DNA of 64,000 nucleotides from an uncultured Planctomycetia bacterium (GCA_964430735.1 CAYSFB010000002.1:7390-71389), one strand, 5' to 3'; positions 18,701 to 25,058 are shown, counted from the stretch's first letter. Notes: generated by a model from the sequence alone, not told the origin. Numbers and translations: made by a program.

Positions 18701-21484
18701 TGCCTGAAGATAGCTCCGAACCCGGCGCGCAAGCAAATCGTCATATTCGGGACTTTGGAGCTGCTTCAGAATGGATTCCGGAGTCCATTCACTGTCCGAG
18801 ATAAGCCCCCAGCGCCGCGCCGCAAAAATATTCATAAGTCGGCTGGCGGTATAAATCTGCCAGGTCTCATCCGAGGACGGTTCCACGCTGAGCCCGCGTG
18901 TCCGCGCATAAAAGCATGTCATGAATTCGCGGTAGGTCCCTCCGGCGGACGATCCTACGGATTTGCCATACAAATAATTCAGAACATTAAAATACTGACG
19001 CAGAACACTTGACGCCCTTTCCGGCTGGTCGGAGGAGGGCGGGTAAGCCTTTGCGATTTCGACCGCTAGCCGGCTCAACATTGATCCGGTCTTGAGTTGA
19101 TGTTGAATGGATTCCAGGACCGAGTCCTGAAGCAGCCCGTCTTCCGTCCATCCCTCCTCGCGATCAAAAAACCGGTGCTTGGCATATTCGTTGTACCGGT
19201 CGGAGTAGTGAAGCTTCGCAAAAAAATCAGCGAACACCCCTGTATAATACTGCCTCCTGAATTTTGCGTACGAAAGCCCGCTCCAATCGGAGACAGAACC
19301 GAGAGAGTGTGATTTAAGAGGCGTGTAAAAATTGGTGATTTTGTCTTCGGTCTTTTTTTCATGGATCGACAGAACCCTGGTTCCCATGTCCAGCACAGCG
19401 TCAACATCGGTGTAACCAAAGTACCCTTCATCTCCCATGCTGTCGATTTGCGATCCATCGGTAAAAATCAGATAGGCGGGCTTTCCGCCAAGTTGCACTT
19501 GCCGCGATTCACGGCTCAGCCGATAGATGCTAAAATTTTCCCCATCCCAATCAAGCTGCTTGACCACATAGCCCCTGGGCGCGGCCCAGAGATGGTTGAA
19601 TTTGCCGAGTAGGCCCGCTTGAATTCTTTCGGGAGTGGTGTTGGAATCCAGCTGATTCAGATACTCAAGAAGCTGAGGTATGAACTCCCGGATCCATCGG
19701 TCCCGATTGAGCTCGTTCATTCCATCCGCCTGACTGACCAACGGTTCGATCCGGGCCATCAGAACCTCCTCCGTCGCTTCGTCAGCCGCGCCATGCTTCC
19801 ACTCCTCTCCGTACCCCTCTTCTTCGTCGCCATAAATCAGCACATCAAAGGCGTTCAACAGTTCTCGCACCCACTCGCGATCCACGGGATCCCCCGCCGC
19901 CATCCTCGCCGCAGCCACCTCGCGGACCCGCGGCAGCAGCTCCCGGTATGCGGGGCGGTTGCTGAAGGCAGCCATGCGGGCGGCCGCGATGGCGGGGGTG
20001 GCCAGACGCGAGCGCAGGGTGTCGACATCCGGCGCTTCCGGCTGAAGAAGAACTTTTTCGTAAATCTGGAGGTCCGTCTCGGTGTCGATCTTGGGTGCGG
20101 CGACGATGCAGGAATATCCGCGTTCGCGCAGAAGCCGGATGAGGTGTCCGGTGTGATAACCGCCGGTGATCAGAAACGCGGCGTCCGACCGGCTCTCACG
20201 CAAGGCCTGTTCCGCGCGCTCGACGAAGGCCTCGTCGCGCCGGCGGACAAGGTCGTAGAACCTGAAGACGCGGTCCATCGACTCAGCGACAGCGGGCTCA
20301 TCCGCAACGACGCGGTCGAACAGACTCGCGTCGGCAAGTTGCCGGTTCAGCCAGGCCTGCCACGATTGGGGTGCGAACCCGGGCCTGAGCCTCTCGAGAC
20401 GCTCGAACTCGCGGTTCGTGAGCCGGATCGAAAAAGCTTTTTCCAAAAGCTCCGCCCACTCATCCAGCGCCCGAAGGCGCCTCTGGTCCGGGGAGTCGAG
20501 CAACTTGCCGTAGATGGCGGCTTCGAGCCGTTCGGCTTCCTCCAGCATCTGCGTCCACTCCGCAGAGCGCAGACGGCGGGAGTACTCCTCATACCTCTGG
20601 GTTTCGGCAGGATCCCCGCGGTTAAGACGGTCAAAATCGATGAGCTTCTCTTCCCGGATCAACCGCTCCAACGCATCGAGACTCGGATACTCCGCACCGC
20701 GGTGGACACCGGCGCCGCGAGCAAGCTCCAGGAGCGGCTCCATCGAAACGGCCGGCTCAGCGGAGGTCGAATGCCGCGCTTCGTATCGGAGCAGCAGGTC
20801 AGGATACCGGCGCTCTTTAAGGGCGCCGATCGCCGCGCGGACCCGCGGCAAAAAGCGCGCGCGCAGCTCCCGCCCGGCCGCAAGCTCGCGATAAATCTCG
20901 ACGTTCGCCCTGTACAGCTGCTCATCTTCGATTCCGCGTATCGTCATTCCGTGATCGGATATAAGTTGCAAGTACTCTTCGCCGGCGATGATGGCGTCAC
21001 GCAGCATCTGAGGCGCCACGCGCTTCCAGGTTGCCGGGTCCGCCGCGGACTTCAGCGCCGACACGCCGGCCTCTCCTTCGCCGCCCTCCGAAAGCACCAT
21101 CCGCACCGGGTATCGCGCCATCCAATGGTCCAGCGCTTCCGCCAAATGTTTTTGCGCGCCGGGATTGGCGTGCGCATCCTGCAAATGGATGATGAGCTTG
21201 CCGTTTGTGCCGGCATGCGCCTCACGGATCGTGACCGCTCCCGGCGCGGCCTCCAGCAATGACGGATTCCGGATGATGGAGGCCCAGTCCGAAGCGGACG
21301 GATTCGACGGATGAATGGCCGTGTTGGCGCGGGAAACAGCTTCAACCAAAGGCGCCGCCTGCGCGGCCTCGGCCAGAAGCCAGACCGGCAGCAGAATCGC
21401 CGCAGTTGCCTTAAGTGTTATTTTTTTACTGAAAAATCCGGGCAAACGGGGTCCCTTCCCTAAATCAATCAATAGGCGGTCCAA
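6794..21484 (-). CDS. Giant secreted multi-enzyme protein (4,896 aa): signal peptide, Tiki/TraB/GumN-like domain, alpha/beta-hydrolase, GH77 4-alpha-glucanotransferase, methyltransferase-like and GDPD modules separated by GARLA junctions
   Basis: Single uninterrupted ORF. The TTG start at 21484 has a better TTG at 21445 preceded by the Shine-Dalgarno AAGGGA, and the N-terminus then reads MPGFFSKKITLKATAAILLPVWLLAEAAQA|AP, a Sec signal peptide. Internal domains were recognised by motif and are listed separately. Ten GARLA/AARLA junctions occur. Confidence 0.85.
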   Translation of the reverse strand: MDRLLIDLGKGPRLPGFFSKKITLKATAAILLPVWLLAEAAQAAPLVEAVSRANTAIHPSNPSASDWASIIRNPSLLEAAPGAVTIREAHAGTNGKLIIHLQDAHANPGAQKHLAEALDHWMARYPVRMVLSEGGEGEAGVSALKSAADPATWKRVAPQMLRDAIIAGEEYLQLISDHGMTIRGIEDEQLYRANVEIYRELAAGRELRARFLPRVRAAIGALKERRYPDLLLRYEARHSTSAEPAVSMEPLLELARGAGVHRGAEYPSLDALERLIREEKLIDFDRLNRGDPAETQRYEEYSRRLRSAEWTQMLEEAERLEAAIYGKLLDSPDQRRLRALDEWAELLEKAFSIRLTNREFERLERLRPGFAPQSWQAWLNRQLADASLFDRVVADEPAVAESMDRVFRFYDLVRRRDEAFVERAEQALRESRSDAAFLITGGYHTGHLIRLLRERGYSCIVAAPKIDTETDLQIYEKVLLQPEAPDVDTLRSRLATPAIAAARMAAFSNRPAYRELLPRVREVAAARMAAGDPVDREWVRELLNAFDVLIYGDEEEGYGEEWKHGAADEATEEVLMARIEPLVSQADGMNELNRDRWIREFIPQLLEYLNQLDSNTTPERIQAGLLGKFNHLWAAPRGYVVKQLDWDGENFSIYRLSRESRQVQLGGKPAYLIFTDGSQIDSMGDEGYFGYTDVDAVLDMGTRVLSIHEKKTEDKITNFYTPLKSHSLGSVSDWSGLSYAKFRRQYYTGVFADFFAKLHYSDRYNEYAKHRFFDREEGWTEDGLLQDSVLESIQHQLKTGSMLSRLAVEIAKAYPPSSDQPERASSVLRQYFNVLNYLYGKSVGSSAGGTYREFMTCFYARTRGLSVEPSSDETWQIYTASRLMNIFAARRWGLISDSEWTPESILKQLQSPEYDDLLARRVRSYLQAGRGNHSRMRELAQWVLQTQFALDPTELPIDPERGAMKDLLDHLDAGDFRAAMRREGVMPLDFIQSPPAQSSLDKLLSSLRGAGEWRADAASSSNLLEDILRSFAKVPPFYLNTTEVTAYRGQLIMDGLSSVSAWMNDRQIGLIKQHLLNGPKQAARLASVRYEAFRLEGNAADAAQVERRIAELFLPAVSALEPDQKLYATVEVGTRFERDALADLGFMVKRGGDAEIAAEIASLIEQSRIESMSLSGLDLTLTLRGMREAGLPDIILRRSYNQQFSATIRSAVEPRVLDNTAKMQAVVSSLAAGLRTGDVLIDVTTLDAWSSGPRVMEFPADPALRETLSVALGVLDVNLAPSQMADASEWREYLTASAPKSPSGADSKTVKTKAVASEREELVANIADAMDAWLESWPGQEFGQRQDLAAGLAHYFRILTRPLRESNPETSTQTLQQIGLERLAQDPSLYKRIQTRQIDPLTLFKRVFVARRRELRDRVKAWQNNGSVSDERLLALAHDLNFYLVKMRRMVMVFEMMTADSMVLPSDREAYNHLLADLMFTEDVHLKISRELVTHHIMAQDAIDQEGLTVSYLEDPADDAAPVDAASLRSMVSELRGHLTQDISVLNDGFIAATLGRRYEEVLKLTMDLESELVTEPELSDDAKYLIGLIFQSLIVTRRNHMNYSWAPLEGAMQPSRETAGVRSDDPYVLLFERLLPAAGIHGADVRALFEADGARLAGGEKKPLSADGKGHRMLTLGEGEKLVIGSGAQVVVHVVDWDQLNLKADLVVSADMRIPVDGPTEPSSRAIPSIEYRRFARQNPDAKPSGKLVHMKVAPHRPTLEDLLRQSELRINGKEIVIKAIDFTDEKLKLSVTAPRSIRVRTDREYRGSKGARLAGMMSEIFADMNRDLKQMVLALNDGIKLRDFAAASSTEAAADTAMRRILRRMPWRDARGVIFPWRSTWLEYWEGMGDAAQDVRERAAYWYIAMGFQVPRRPDGGVNPDFERLRSKFDAIYSQAHRAGYNGASSAPVLLDIRIPRPGHQPIPAQLTIPTSGKLRRKAMPVIIIYAGLTNGGQQPYFDELEHMLVRRGFAVLRPDLPGHGRNHEPIKAAAELNEFTAACLNYLETNPDYSFGSAGLFGFSFGGNAALRAYLSTELRGRLFAVVSMNPPLEKTFLDRRAIGRHREFLGYVFGENDLEKIRDIAAGFSISVSSLDRDMNFSDFMYIQGGADSDVSHSDGLRLRELIGEDSGPVYYDPSGRHYFFGNRKSRAFARTARFFRDKLPAETQAARLAVDVALAEEPVSKEFVAPVAWMESVSGAFFPFHFQRSHDPVTGRGDWGVGDFESAMAASDLYRDLGLKVQQHLPLSWSGAFDSPYAENSSRAIDPRYISVPMLIDDMERMVRDESAAVDLAPVRDFLSRNAGRIRALREASEIDHMAVIGLKMEALELLWRAYRSAPAADGTALGLAHRSFLESNADWLEDHMLYVLLKEENLERKPMNGWDWRTWETGLRDREPGAIASAKARLRDRLDFYMFVQFVADRQFQTMKGHARANGSEIAVDIPFARDGADVWIHKDTVFGLRKENGYRRLVTQGVPAEPAYPAGQYWQFYPYDWSNPATADYLKRLFAFHQNRATYIRLDHVLGFFRHYLFTEDVAAQMTLGRLGLDDAFRRIRGTAVSQAAGSPQDAGRIRAEAVEQARKVLYERLRGLDPAAFGLPEDAVRYLFGPDGGLTPDAAVTIARETPRDQYGLPVPEGSHWDRRSEVVEAKVHLEKPVWDYLRLTPSAGAGDAGFFEEYLFNGEGPQTGDSVRLSYFKPTMPSILSDFLALAQAKGTTVIFETLGTVPQEIQDFVVQLAGYNYFPVMWGLSPESAYHASRHTPNSMATFGLHDASNIRTRWEKEMSDDEKNRVLDQLLPGLPESERAAHRASLTPQVHQKLLEQVFLSKALLAIPTWFDVFGLGEEHRFNVPGVSTGQWRKRLPSTVQELTAAARGEASTVAAESAVRLLKDLVAARNQVFAVPADRLLLRANPDVQSGVVQRRRIPADGSESAEPFDVEVYTRRSVERVAVRVWNEADTAGQTFEMRRIDDQAGLPDDVSRWAIRLRPLAPGVHFFELQATAGDATQTSATGRLIAEGARLASTQDSNETVLTDDQDAVAERNQRIIRDFEQLSGVVKGVDMGGLDAEFANKVDAGAWLKNARFISYDLPPMTPVALEDLPGRLVLQGAESTGLGSGSVDVVTINMPSPGTLESVLPGMMREARRILKPEGRLVLVIQRPKAGEAVVQSIDELVRRPGPGKIDSVPLALRILAETGFTAQAPIDLRAAGSEALPDRFSDLANNYPSTRFADLLRRSGWDVVTVFAEPQPAGARLAEFEERVREFASILQTDRLADAGLHLLGMLAAMPDILTGMERRRFHNLISNWQEKAGARRKNNVLQILDEALELASTDELDPSEARKTIQRIDGIHQAASYQSRTAITAEHLLELCDLGAGDLVLSELSRLPALLAEQAPYAEVWATARRNGFVEKAVSIDDSIKAARRLSAEGRQFEAGALLKRADIQQKATLRFEPRTAFGQDAQKILVQMHQESTRRPVKGVDAPLSLKQAREAIVAQFKSGRIDSPEWGDLTARLMSSRSGRISFAFTDARGNVRKLIFDLQTKRPAEVLFRRVYQPTTFAYEFILSYVDADTGQTFSRTFEVKRNASGRPDLDAENLIKTVIHPTPLRHRFGWEAAYPELTAQFDSEDLGASGTHRDMEVYYAANDRGNITVKNRRPALFVLGFEPGQAFWMRRTWDDARGRPIFTFIALDSTGDPQIRDGHLDLRVFTAELGGRDRTRVTPRRIDPDAFRRQAVVAEDAAKIKPLLAAHIRSAEPESPAHPAPFEGLYTRSNAVGAKNFQAKGGDDPFRAIFALGAPNRWYELSRYYDADLRRTVYASIEVEADAQGRLQRLEHTRRLHQLNLKDGNVLKSYAVRPVPAAVPSDPSAARLAEFSETFQVTHANKGGVHLHPSQRSAHLANWIMQDHQVQIWVKNLKNGRTAEADDPIQILSINIEKGDKLELKLVSILRNDPAAVARVRPAVERFFQSPNGEIENLITRQNYLRDILLPDTQNDQSKAQGARLALTSRNVGHRGRGDGQVENTVPAFKSAVAAGAEELECDIRLSADGKIFVFHDLDLHRMTQGKRSDKAEDLTLAELQSISLHEKWMPSGTIPTLEEVIDVAKQANVPLQIEIKSGDGIVPKLIETLTRMDFLDQAIVISFIPEYLAELKRLAPRIQTALITMPQDGSVYPPDTLDAEEKLYPIRSIDQHIRYAKEHGIEGLDLHLSDWKDPPTVDQIRKSGLKTYAYGIRDRADMALAIATGIEHIANDSPREFADVIAGMREEEAMLDAPESEFVLSASPLTDDEFNALSEMARYEKSDRVANLQYFGDYQKFLDHRAGDDEAEFRLLLDYLVLKLEGINRADLDRGLIRLTNANKLASDRGDVEGNFAQLRARLLPETAKAAAPAILRTGKRGFHTRPGELLIKLLASISEHALVMVAERDDFMGNAFVFEGDRKNGLFVRDKTPLVVYLEGIRADVTRHQLEAAAKVIAEYLGDRKNADQIESELDRAEDFEALELAAQGSIRAEYLDRLKAIFNPAAPLSESGSDKGARLATSSTAGFNQMGSVGWSDLSEENRRRMIEDYSVIARGSNLEGSVSLAGPGAAEWYVTGQIEGRTLLVGDVREALSPIPADDRSSRESKKTSQDAVDFAEKSETNLLNFVIQKIAESAGISADKDVAIRVTIGADPGLLSTPRGRAAAIASVEYRVRQLIVLRRADTQLFFELDENPALDPEMIEAAKKIGKELFSIQAPKGAAHGYLSDDVTVRFKGNNLYEQRLRESETPAIRAAVLLAAAIARAEDPAHLPQPLLEAWAALARVVHVPADVAGRIVAGTASVAERRTYAFKALPAGLSVSQMLDFFRRGARLSEISA
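8590..9370 (-). other. Domain: glycerophosphodiester phosphodiesterase (GDPD) module of giant protein 1
   Basis: NVGHRGRGDGQVENTVPAFKSAVAAGAEELECDIRLSADGKIFVFHD is encoded at about 9250..9370. The HRG, ENT, E-x-D and HD motifs are present. The module begins directly after a GARLA junction at 9351..9364. Confidence 0.75.
11850..12200 (-). other. Domain: SAM-methyltransferase-like module of giant protein 1
   Basis: GLGSGSVDVVTINMPSPGTLESVLPGMMREARRILKPEGRLVLV is at about 11990. It resembles the post-motif-II region (LKPGGRLVL) of class-I methyltransferases, but motif I is not canonical. Confidence 0.35.
13000..14650 (-). other. Domain: GH77 4-alpha-glucanotransferase (amylomaltase-like) module of giant protein 1
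   Basis: GAFDSPYAENSSRAIDPRYIS is at 14585..14640, VDIPFARDGADVW follows, and PAGQYWQFYPYDW follows that. IRLDHVLGF (catalytic nucleophile region) is at about 13795, and NSMATFGLHD is at about 13045. The order matches the conserved GH77 blocks. Confidence 0.7.
14700..15541 (-). other. Domain: alpha/beta-hydrolase (serine esterase/lipase-like) module of giant protein 1
   Basis: The module starts MPVIIIYAGLTNGG with M at 15541. The nucleophile elbow GFSFGG is encoded at about 15290..15310, and the sequence around it has the expected HGRNHEP / ESD-type spacing. Confidence 0.6.
20070..21250 (-). other. Domain: Tiki/TraB/GumN-like N-terminal domain of giant protein 1
   Basis: KLIIHLQDAHAN... near the N-terminus and AFLITGGYHTGHLIRLLRERGYSCIV at 20101..20190 resemble the paired GX2H motifs of the TraB/GumN/Tiki superfamily. 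The homologous domain sits at the same position in giant protein 2. Confidence 0.4.
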
Positions 21485-21607
21485 AACAGTGTCCGAAGTA
21501 TGCCCCAGAATACCCGGCCGCTCAAGGTGCCGCCCGTATTTTTTTGATTCTTAAAATTATCTGATTATTATCAAAAATAAGTATGCTTATCGACGGGATC
21601 GGAGGCC

Positions 21608-22393
21608 TTAAAGCTTGAGATAGGCTGCGTCCAGGAGGGTGCGGGTGTAGGCGCTTCGGGGGGAAGCCAGAATGTCGGCGGCGGGACCAAATTCGACGAC
21701 CTGCCCGTCCTTCATGACAACAAGATCGTCGCTCATATGACGTACCACCGAAATGTCGTGGGAGATGAAAAGATAGCCTATTCCATGCGAGCGTTGCAAT
21801 TCCAGCAGCAGATTCAAGATTTCTGCACGGACGAGTACGTCGAGCGAACTCACCGCTTCGTCGCAGATGACGATCCGAGGTTTGAGCGCGAGCGCTCTTG
21901 CGATACAGACCCGCTGACGTTCTCCGCCCGACAACTCGCCGGGCCGGCGCGTCAAAAAATGCAAAGGCAGGTGCACTTCTTCCAGAAGGCGTCCGATATT
22001 CGAAGCCGATTCCCCGTTCACCCGGAACGGTTCTTCCAAAATTGACCGCACGGTCCATCGGGGATTCAGCGCGTTCATCGGATTCTGAAACACAACCTGC
22101 ACAGCCCGGCGGAACTTCCGGCGCCCGGACGGTGAGCTTCCAATGATCGGCGCCCCCTCAAAAGTCACGGCCCCACCGTCCGGCTTCTCTAGTCCGGCCA
22201 GTATCCTGCCGAGCGTCGATTTGCCCGATCCGGACTCGCCGACCAGCCCGATGGTCCGCCCCGGGATCAGCGACACGCTGACGCCGCCGAGCGCCGTGAG
22301 GCGTTTTGATCCGCCGGCTTCGCTCCGGATGGAGTAATGTTTGGTAACGTTCTGTGCTGCCAGCATATGATCTGGGGACATGTTGACGCTCAC
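21608..22393 (-). CDS. oppF: Oligopeptide/dipeptide ABC transporter ATP-binding protein (OppF/DppF-like)
   Basis: Walker A GESGSGKST, ABC signature LSGGERQR and Walker B IVICDEAVSSLD are present. The GTG start at 22393 is coupled to the upstream stop; an in-frame ATG at 22381 is also possible. The C-terminal oligopeptide-transporter-type tail is present. Confidence 0.85.
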   Translation of the reverse strand: MSVNMSPDHMLAAQNVTKHYSIRSEAGGSKRLTALGGVSVSLIPGRTIGLVGESGSGKSTLGRILAGLEKPDGGAVTFEGAPIIGSSPSGRRKFRRAVQVVFQNPMNALNPRWTVRSILEEPFRVNGESASNIGRLLEEVHLPLHFLTRRPGELSGGERQRVCIARALALKPRIVICDEAVSSLDVLVRAEILNLLLELQRSHGIGYLFISHDISVVRHMSDDLVVMKDGQVVEFGPAADILASPRSAYTRTLLDAAYLKL

Positions 22394-22407
22394 GCCAACG
22401 TGTCCCC
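22374..22407. repeat. Imperfect palindrome GGGGACATGTTGACG-N-CGCCAACGTGTCCCC overlapping the oppD stop / oppF start junction
   Basis: It shares the arm GGGGACAYGTTRRCG with the element at 5152..5185. The right arm encodes the OppD C-terminus (GDTLA*), and the left arm encodes the OppF N-terminus. Confidence 0.5.
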
Positions 22408-23211
22408 GCTGTCCTTTAAGTTGATCCTGGACTTCGGGGCCTGGTCCAACAGCGACGCGGCCATGAGACGCCGCGAATACTCATGACCGGGCTCAAAAGC
22501 TGATTCCTTTTTCAGAATATCGACGATCATACCCCTTTGCATCACAGCGATCCGGTCAGCGACCGCGCGCGCCACCTGCAAGTCGTGGGTGATAAAAAGC
22601 ATTGCCAGTCTCCGGGACTGCCTCAGGGATGCGAGAGTTTGAAGAATCCCCTTTTGCACCGTCGCGTCGAGCGCCGTTGTCGGCTCGTCGGCGATCAGAA
22701 GCTTGGAATTCTTGGCGAGAGCCATCGCGATCATCACGCGCTGCTGGAGCCCGCCGGAGAGCTCATGCGGATACGATCCGGCCACTCGCGCGGCGTCCGA
22801 CGCCGGGATCTGCGCTTCCACAAGGCAACTCTCCACGCGAGCCGGATCCGACGGGTCCAGCACCTCTTCGATCTGCCGGCGCACCGTAAGCACCGGATTG
22901 AGCGACACCATCGGCTCCTGGAACACATACGCCGCCCCGTGCCGGCGGAACTGCCGTAAGTTTTCGGCGTTCATCGCCGTTACATCCCGGCCTTCGAACA
23001 AGATTTTCCCCGACACCCGAGCTCCCGCCAAGTCCGTGAGCCGGCCGATCGCGGCCGCTGCCGAACTTTTTCCCGAACCGGACTCGCCCACCAGCGCCAG
23101 CGCGCCTCCGGCCGGCACACCGAACGAAATATCCTTCACCGCGGCGGTCCACGCGCTGCCGGACCGGTATTCCACGGTCAGCCCCTTCACTTCCAAAAGC
23201 GGCACGGTCAT
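22390..23211 (-). CDS. oppD: Oligopeptide/dipeptide ABC transporter ATP-binding protein (OppD/DppD-like)
   Basis: Walker A GESGSGKSS, signature LSGGLQQRV and Walker B LLIADEPTTALD are present. Confidence 0.85.
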   Translation of the reverse strand: MTVPLLEVKGLTVEYRSGSAWTAAVKDISFGVPAGGALALVGESGSGKSSAAAAIGRLTDLAGARVSGKILFEGRDVTAMNAENLRQFRRHGAAYVFQEPMVSLNPVLTVRRQIEEVLDPSDPARVESCLVEAQIPASDAARVAGSYPHELSGGLQQRVMIAMALAKNSKLLIADEPTTALDATVQKGILQTLASLRQSRRLAMLFITHDLQVARAVADRIAVMQRGMIVDILKKESAFEPGHEYSRRLMAASLLDQAPKSRINLKDSGDTLA

Positions 23212-24044
23212 TCCTGCCCCCTGCCAGTGCGCGTGTCCAGCCGGCGGCGGATCTCTTCACCTAAATAATTGTACGCAAGCACCGTGAACAGGATCGCCAG
23301 GCTGGGATACAGCGCCATCCACCACGCGACCCCGAGCGTCGCGCGCGCGTCGCCCAGCATATTGCCCCAACTGGCGGTCGGAGGCTGAACGCCGATGCCA
23401 AGGAAACTCAATCCGCTCTCGGTCAGAATGGCGCCCGCAACCCCGAGTGTCGCGCTGACCCACACCGGCCCCATCGCATTCGGTAAAATATGCCGGAACA
23501 GGATCCATGCGTCCGATCCGCCTACCGACCGCGACGCGAGAACGAACTCACGCTCCTTGAGCGACAACACTTCCGCGCGCACCAGCCGCGCCGTCCCCAT
23601 CCAGCCGGTGAGCCCCAAGATCACCAAGATCGGCAATATCCCCGGCTCATCGATCGCGGCCATCACCGCCAGAATAAAAAAGAATGTCGGAAAACACAGC
23701 ATCAAGTCGATGGACCCGGACACCGTGCGATCCACAAGCCCGCCCAGATAACCGGCGACCAAGCCCGCCAATACCCCGATCACCGTCGCGATCGCCACCG
23801 ACACGAACCCGACCACCAGCGCAATACGCGCGCCAAAGACAAGCCGGCTCAGCACATCGCGTCCAAGATGATCCGTCCCAAACCAATGCGCTGCCGACGG
23901 CTCCTTGAGGATGCTCTGAATATCGATCGCCGCCGGATCATACGGCGCCAACCACGGCGACAACAACGCCGCCGCCGCGCAAGCCGCGATCCACGCCAAC
24001 GCCAATCCCGTCATGATGCGGTGAAGATCAAATCGGTCGCTCAT
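23208..24044 (-). CDS. oppC: ABC transporter permease (OppC/DppC-like)
   Basis: 278 aa, polytopic. It carries the binding-protein-dependent transport EAA-like loop (ASRSVGGSDAWILFRHILPNAMGPV). It overlaps its neighbours by 4 nt. Confidence 0.8.
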   Translation of the reverse strand: MSDRFDLHRIMTGLALAWIAACAAAALLSPWLAPYDPAAIDIQSILKEPSAAHWFGTDHLGRDVLSRLVFGARIALVVGFVSVAIATVIGVLAGLVAGYLGGLVDRTVSGSIDLMLCFPTFFFILAVMAAIDEPGILPILVILGLTGWMGTARLVRAEVLSLKEREFVLASRSVGGSDAWILFRHILPNAMGPVWVSATLGVAGAILTESGLSFLGIGVQPPTASWGNMLGDARATLGVAWWMALYPSLAILFTVLAYNYLGEEIRRRLDTRTGRGQE

Positions 24045-25027
24045 GAGTTGCGTATCCTTGGATCAGCCCAGCGGTAAGCGAGATCCGCGATCAGGTTGCC
24101 GATCAGCGTGAGCAGCGCGCTCAGCGTGAAGACCGCCATGTACACCGGCATATCCCGCGCCATCACCGCTTCCATCATGAGTTTTCCCATGCCGGGGATC
24201 GAAAAAACCGTTTCCAGGATCACCGATCCGCCGAGCACGCCGGGCACCGACATCCCCAGGATCGTGATGAGCGGCAGCAGTGCGTTTCTCAGCCCATGCC
24301 GGAAAAAAACCGTCCGCGCCGGCAAGCCCTTGGACCATGCGGTTTTCATGTAATCCTGACGGAGCACTTCGGCCATCCCGCTGCGCATGAACCGCGCCAG
24401 GCCCGAAAAGTGCGCCAGCACCGACACCAGCACCGGCAGCGTCAGATGCCAGGCGACGTCCAGCGCCTTTTCCCATCCGCTCATCAGCTCGAAGTCCAAC
24501 GACGTCACCCCCGACACCGGAAACCAGTGCAGATGCACGCCGAAGAACGCCATCGCCGCGATAGCCAGCACAAAGGTCGGCATTGCGAATGCGACGAACG
24601 CAAAAAAAGTCAGGACTTGGTCCTGCCAACGGCCGCTGAACGCCGCTCCGAGAACGCCGATACCCACGGCCAGCGCGACCGTCAGCAACAGAGCGGTCAA
24701 ATTGATCGCCAGCGTTACCGGGATCCGCTCGGCGATCTTTTCCATCACCGGCTGGCCGTCGCGGAACGACCGGCCAAAGTCGAACCGCGCCGCGGCCGAC
24801 GCCCAGCGCGCGTACCGCTCGAGGATCGGCCGGTCCAAGCCGTAGATCTCGCGCAATTTGAGCTTGGCTTCCGCCGACATCTTAGGATTGAGCTGCGCCG
24901 CCATATCGCTCGGATCCCCCGGCGCCAATTGCGTCACTCCAAACGTCATCACGCTGATCCCAAACAAGATCGGCACCATCCACAACACCCGCCGAAATAA
25001 ATAGGGACACACACTAATTATTTTCAT
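24041..25027 (-). CDS. oppB: ABC transporter permease (OppB/DppB-like)
   Basis: 328 aa. The N-terminus (MKIISVCPYLFRRVLWMVPILFGISVMTF) is typical of OppB/DppB. The EAA loop KTAWSKGLPARTVFFRHGLRNALLP is present. Confidence 0.8.
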   Translation of the reverse strand: MKIISVCPYLFRRVLWMVPILFGISVMTFGVTQLAPGDPSDMAAQLNPKMSAEAKLKLREIYGLDRPILERYARWASAAARFDFGRSFRDGQPVMEKIAERIPVTLAINLTALLLTVALAVGIGVLGAAFSGRWQDQVLTFFAFVAFAMPTFVLAIAAMAFFGVHLHWFPVSGVTSLDFELMSGWEKALDVAWHLTLPVLVSVLAHFSGLARFMRSGMAEVLRQDYMKTAWSKGLPARTVFFRHGLRNALLPLITILGMSVPGVLGGSVILETVFSIPGMGKLMMEAVMARDMPVYMAVFTLSALLTLIGNLIADLAYRWADPRIRNS

Positions 25028-25048
25028 AAGAATCGGTGTGTGTCCCTA
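25002..25048. repeat. Palindrome TAGGGACACACAC-(21 nt)-GTGTGTGTCCCTA enclosing the oppB start codon
   Basis: Perfect 13-nt arms were read directly. The oppB ATG (25025..25027) lies inside the loop. The oppA stop is at 25059..25061. The element at 43238..43290 shares the AATAGGGACAC core. Confidence 0.65.
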
Positions 25049-25058
25049 ATATTAATCA

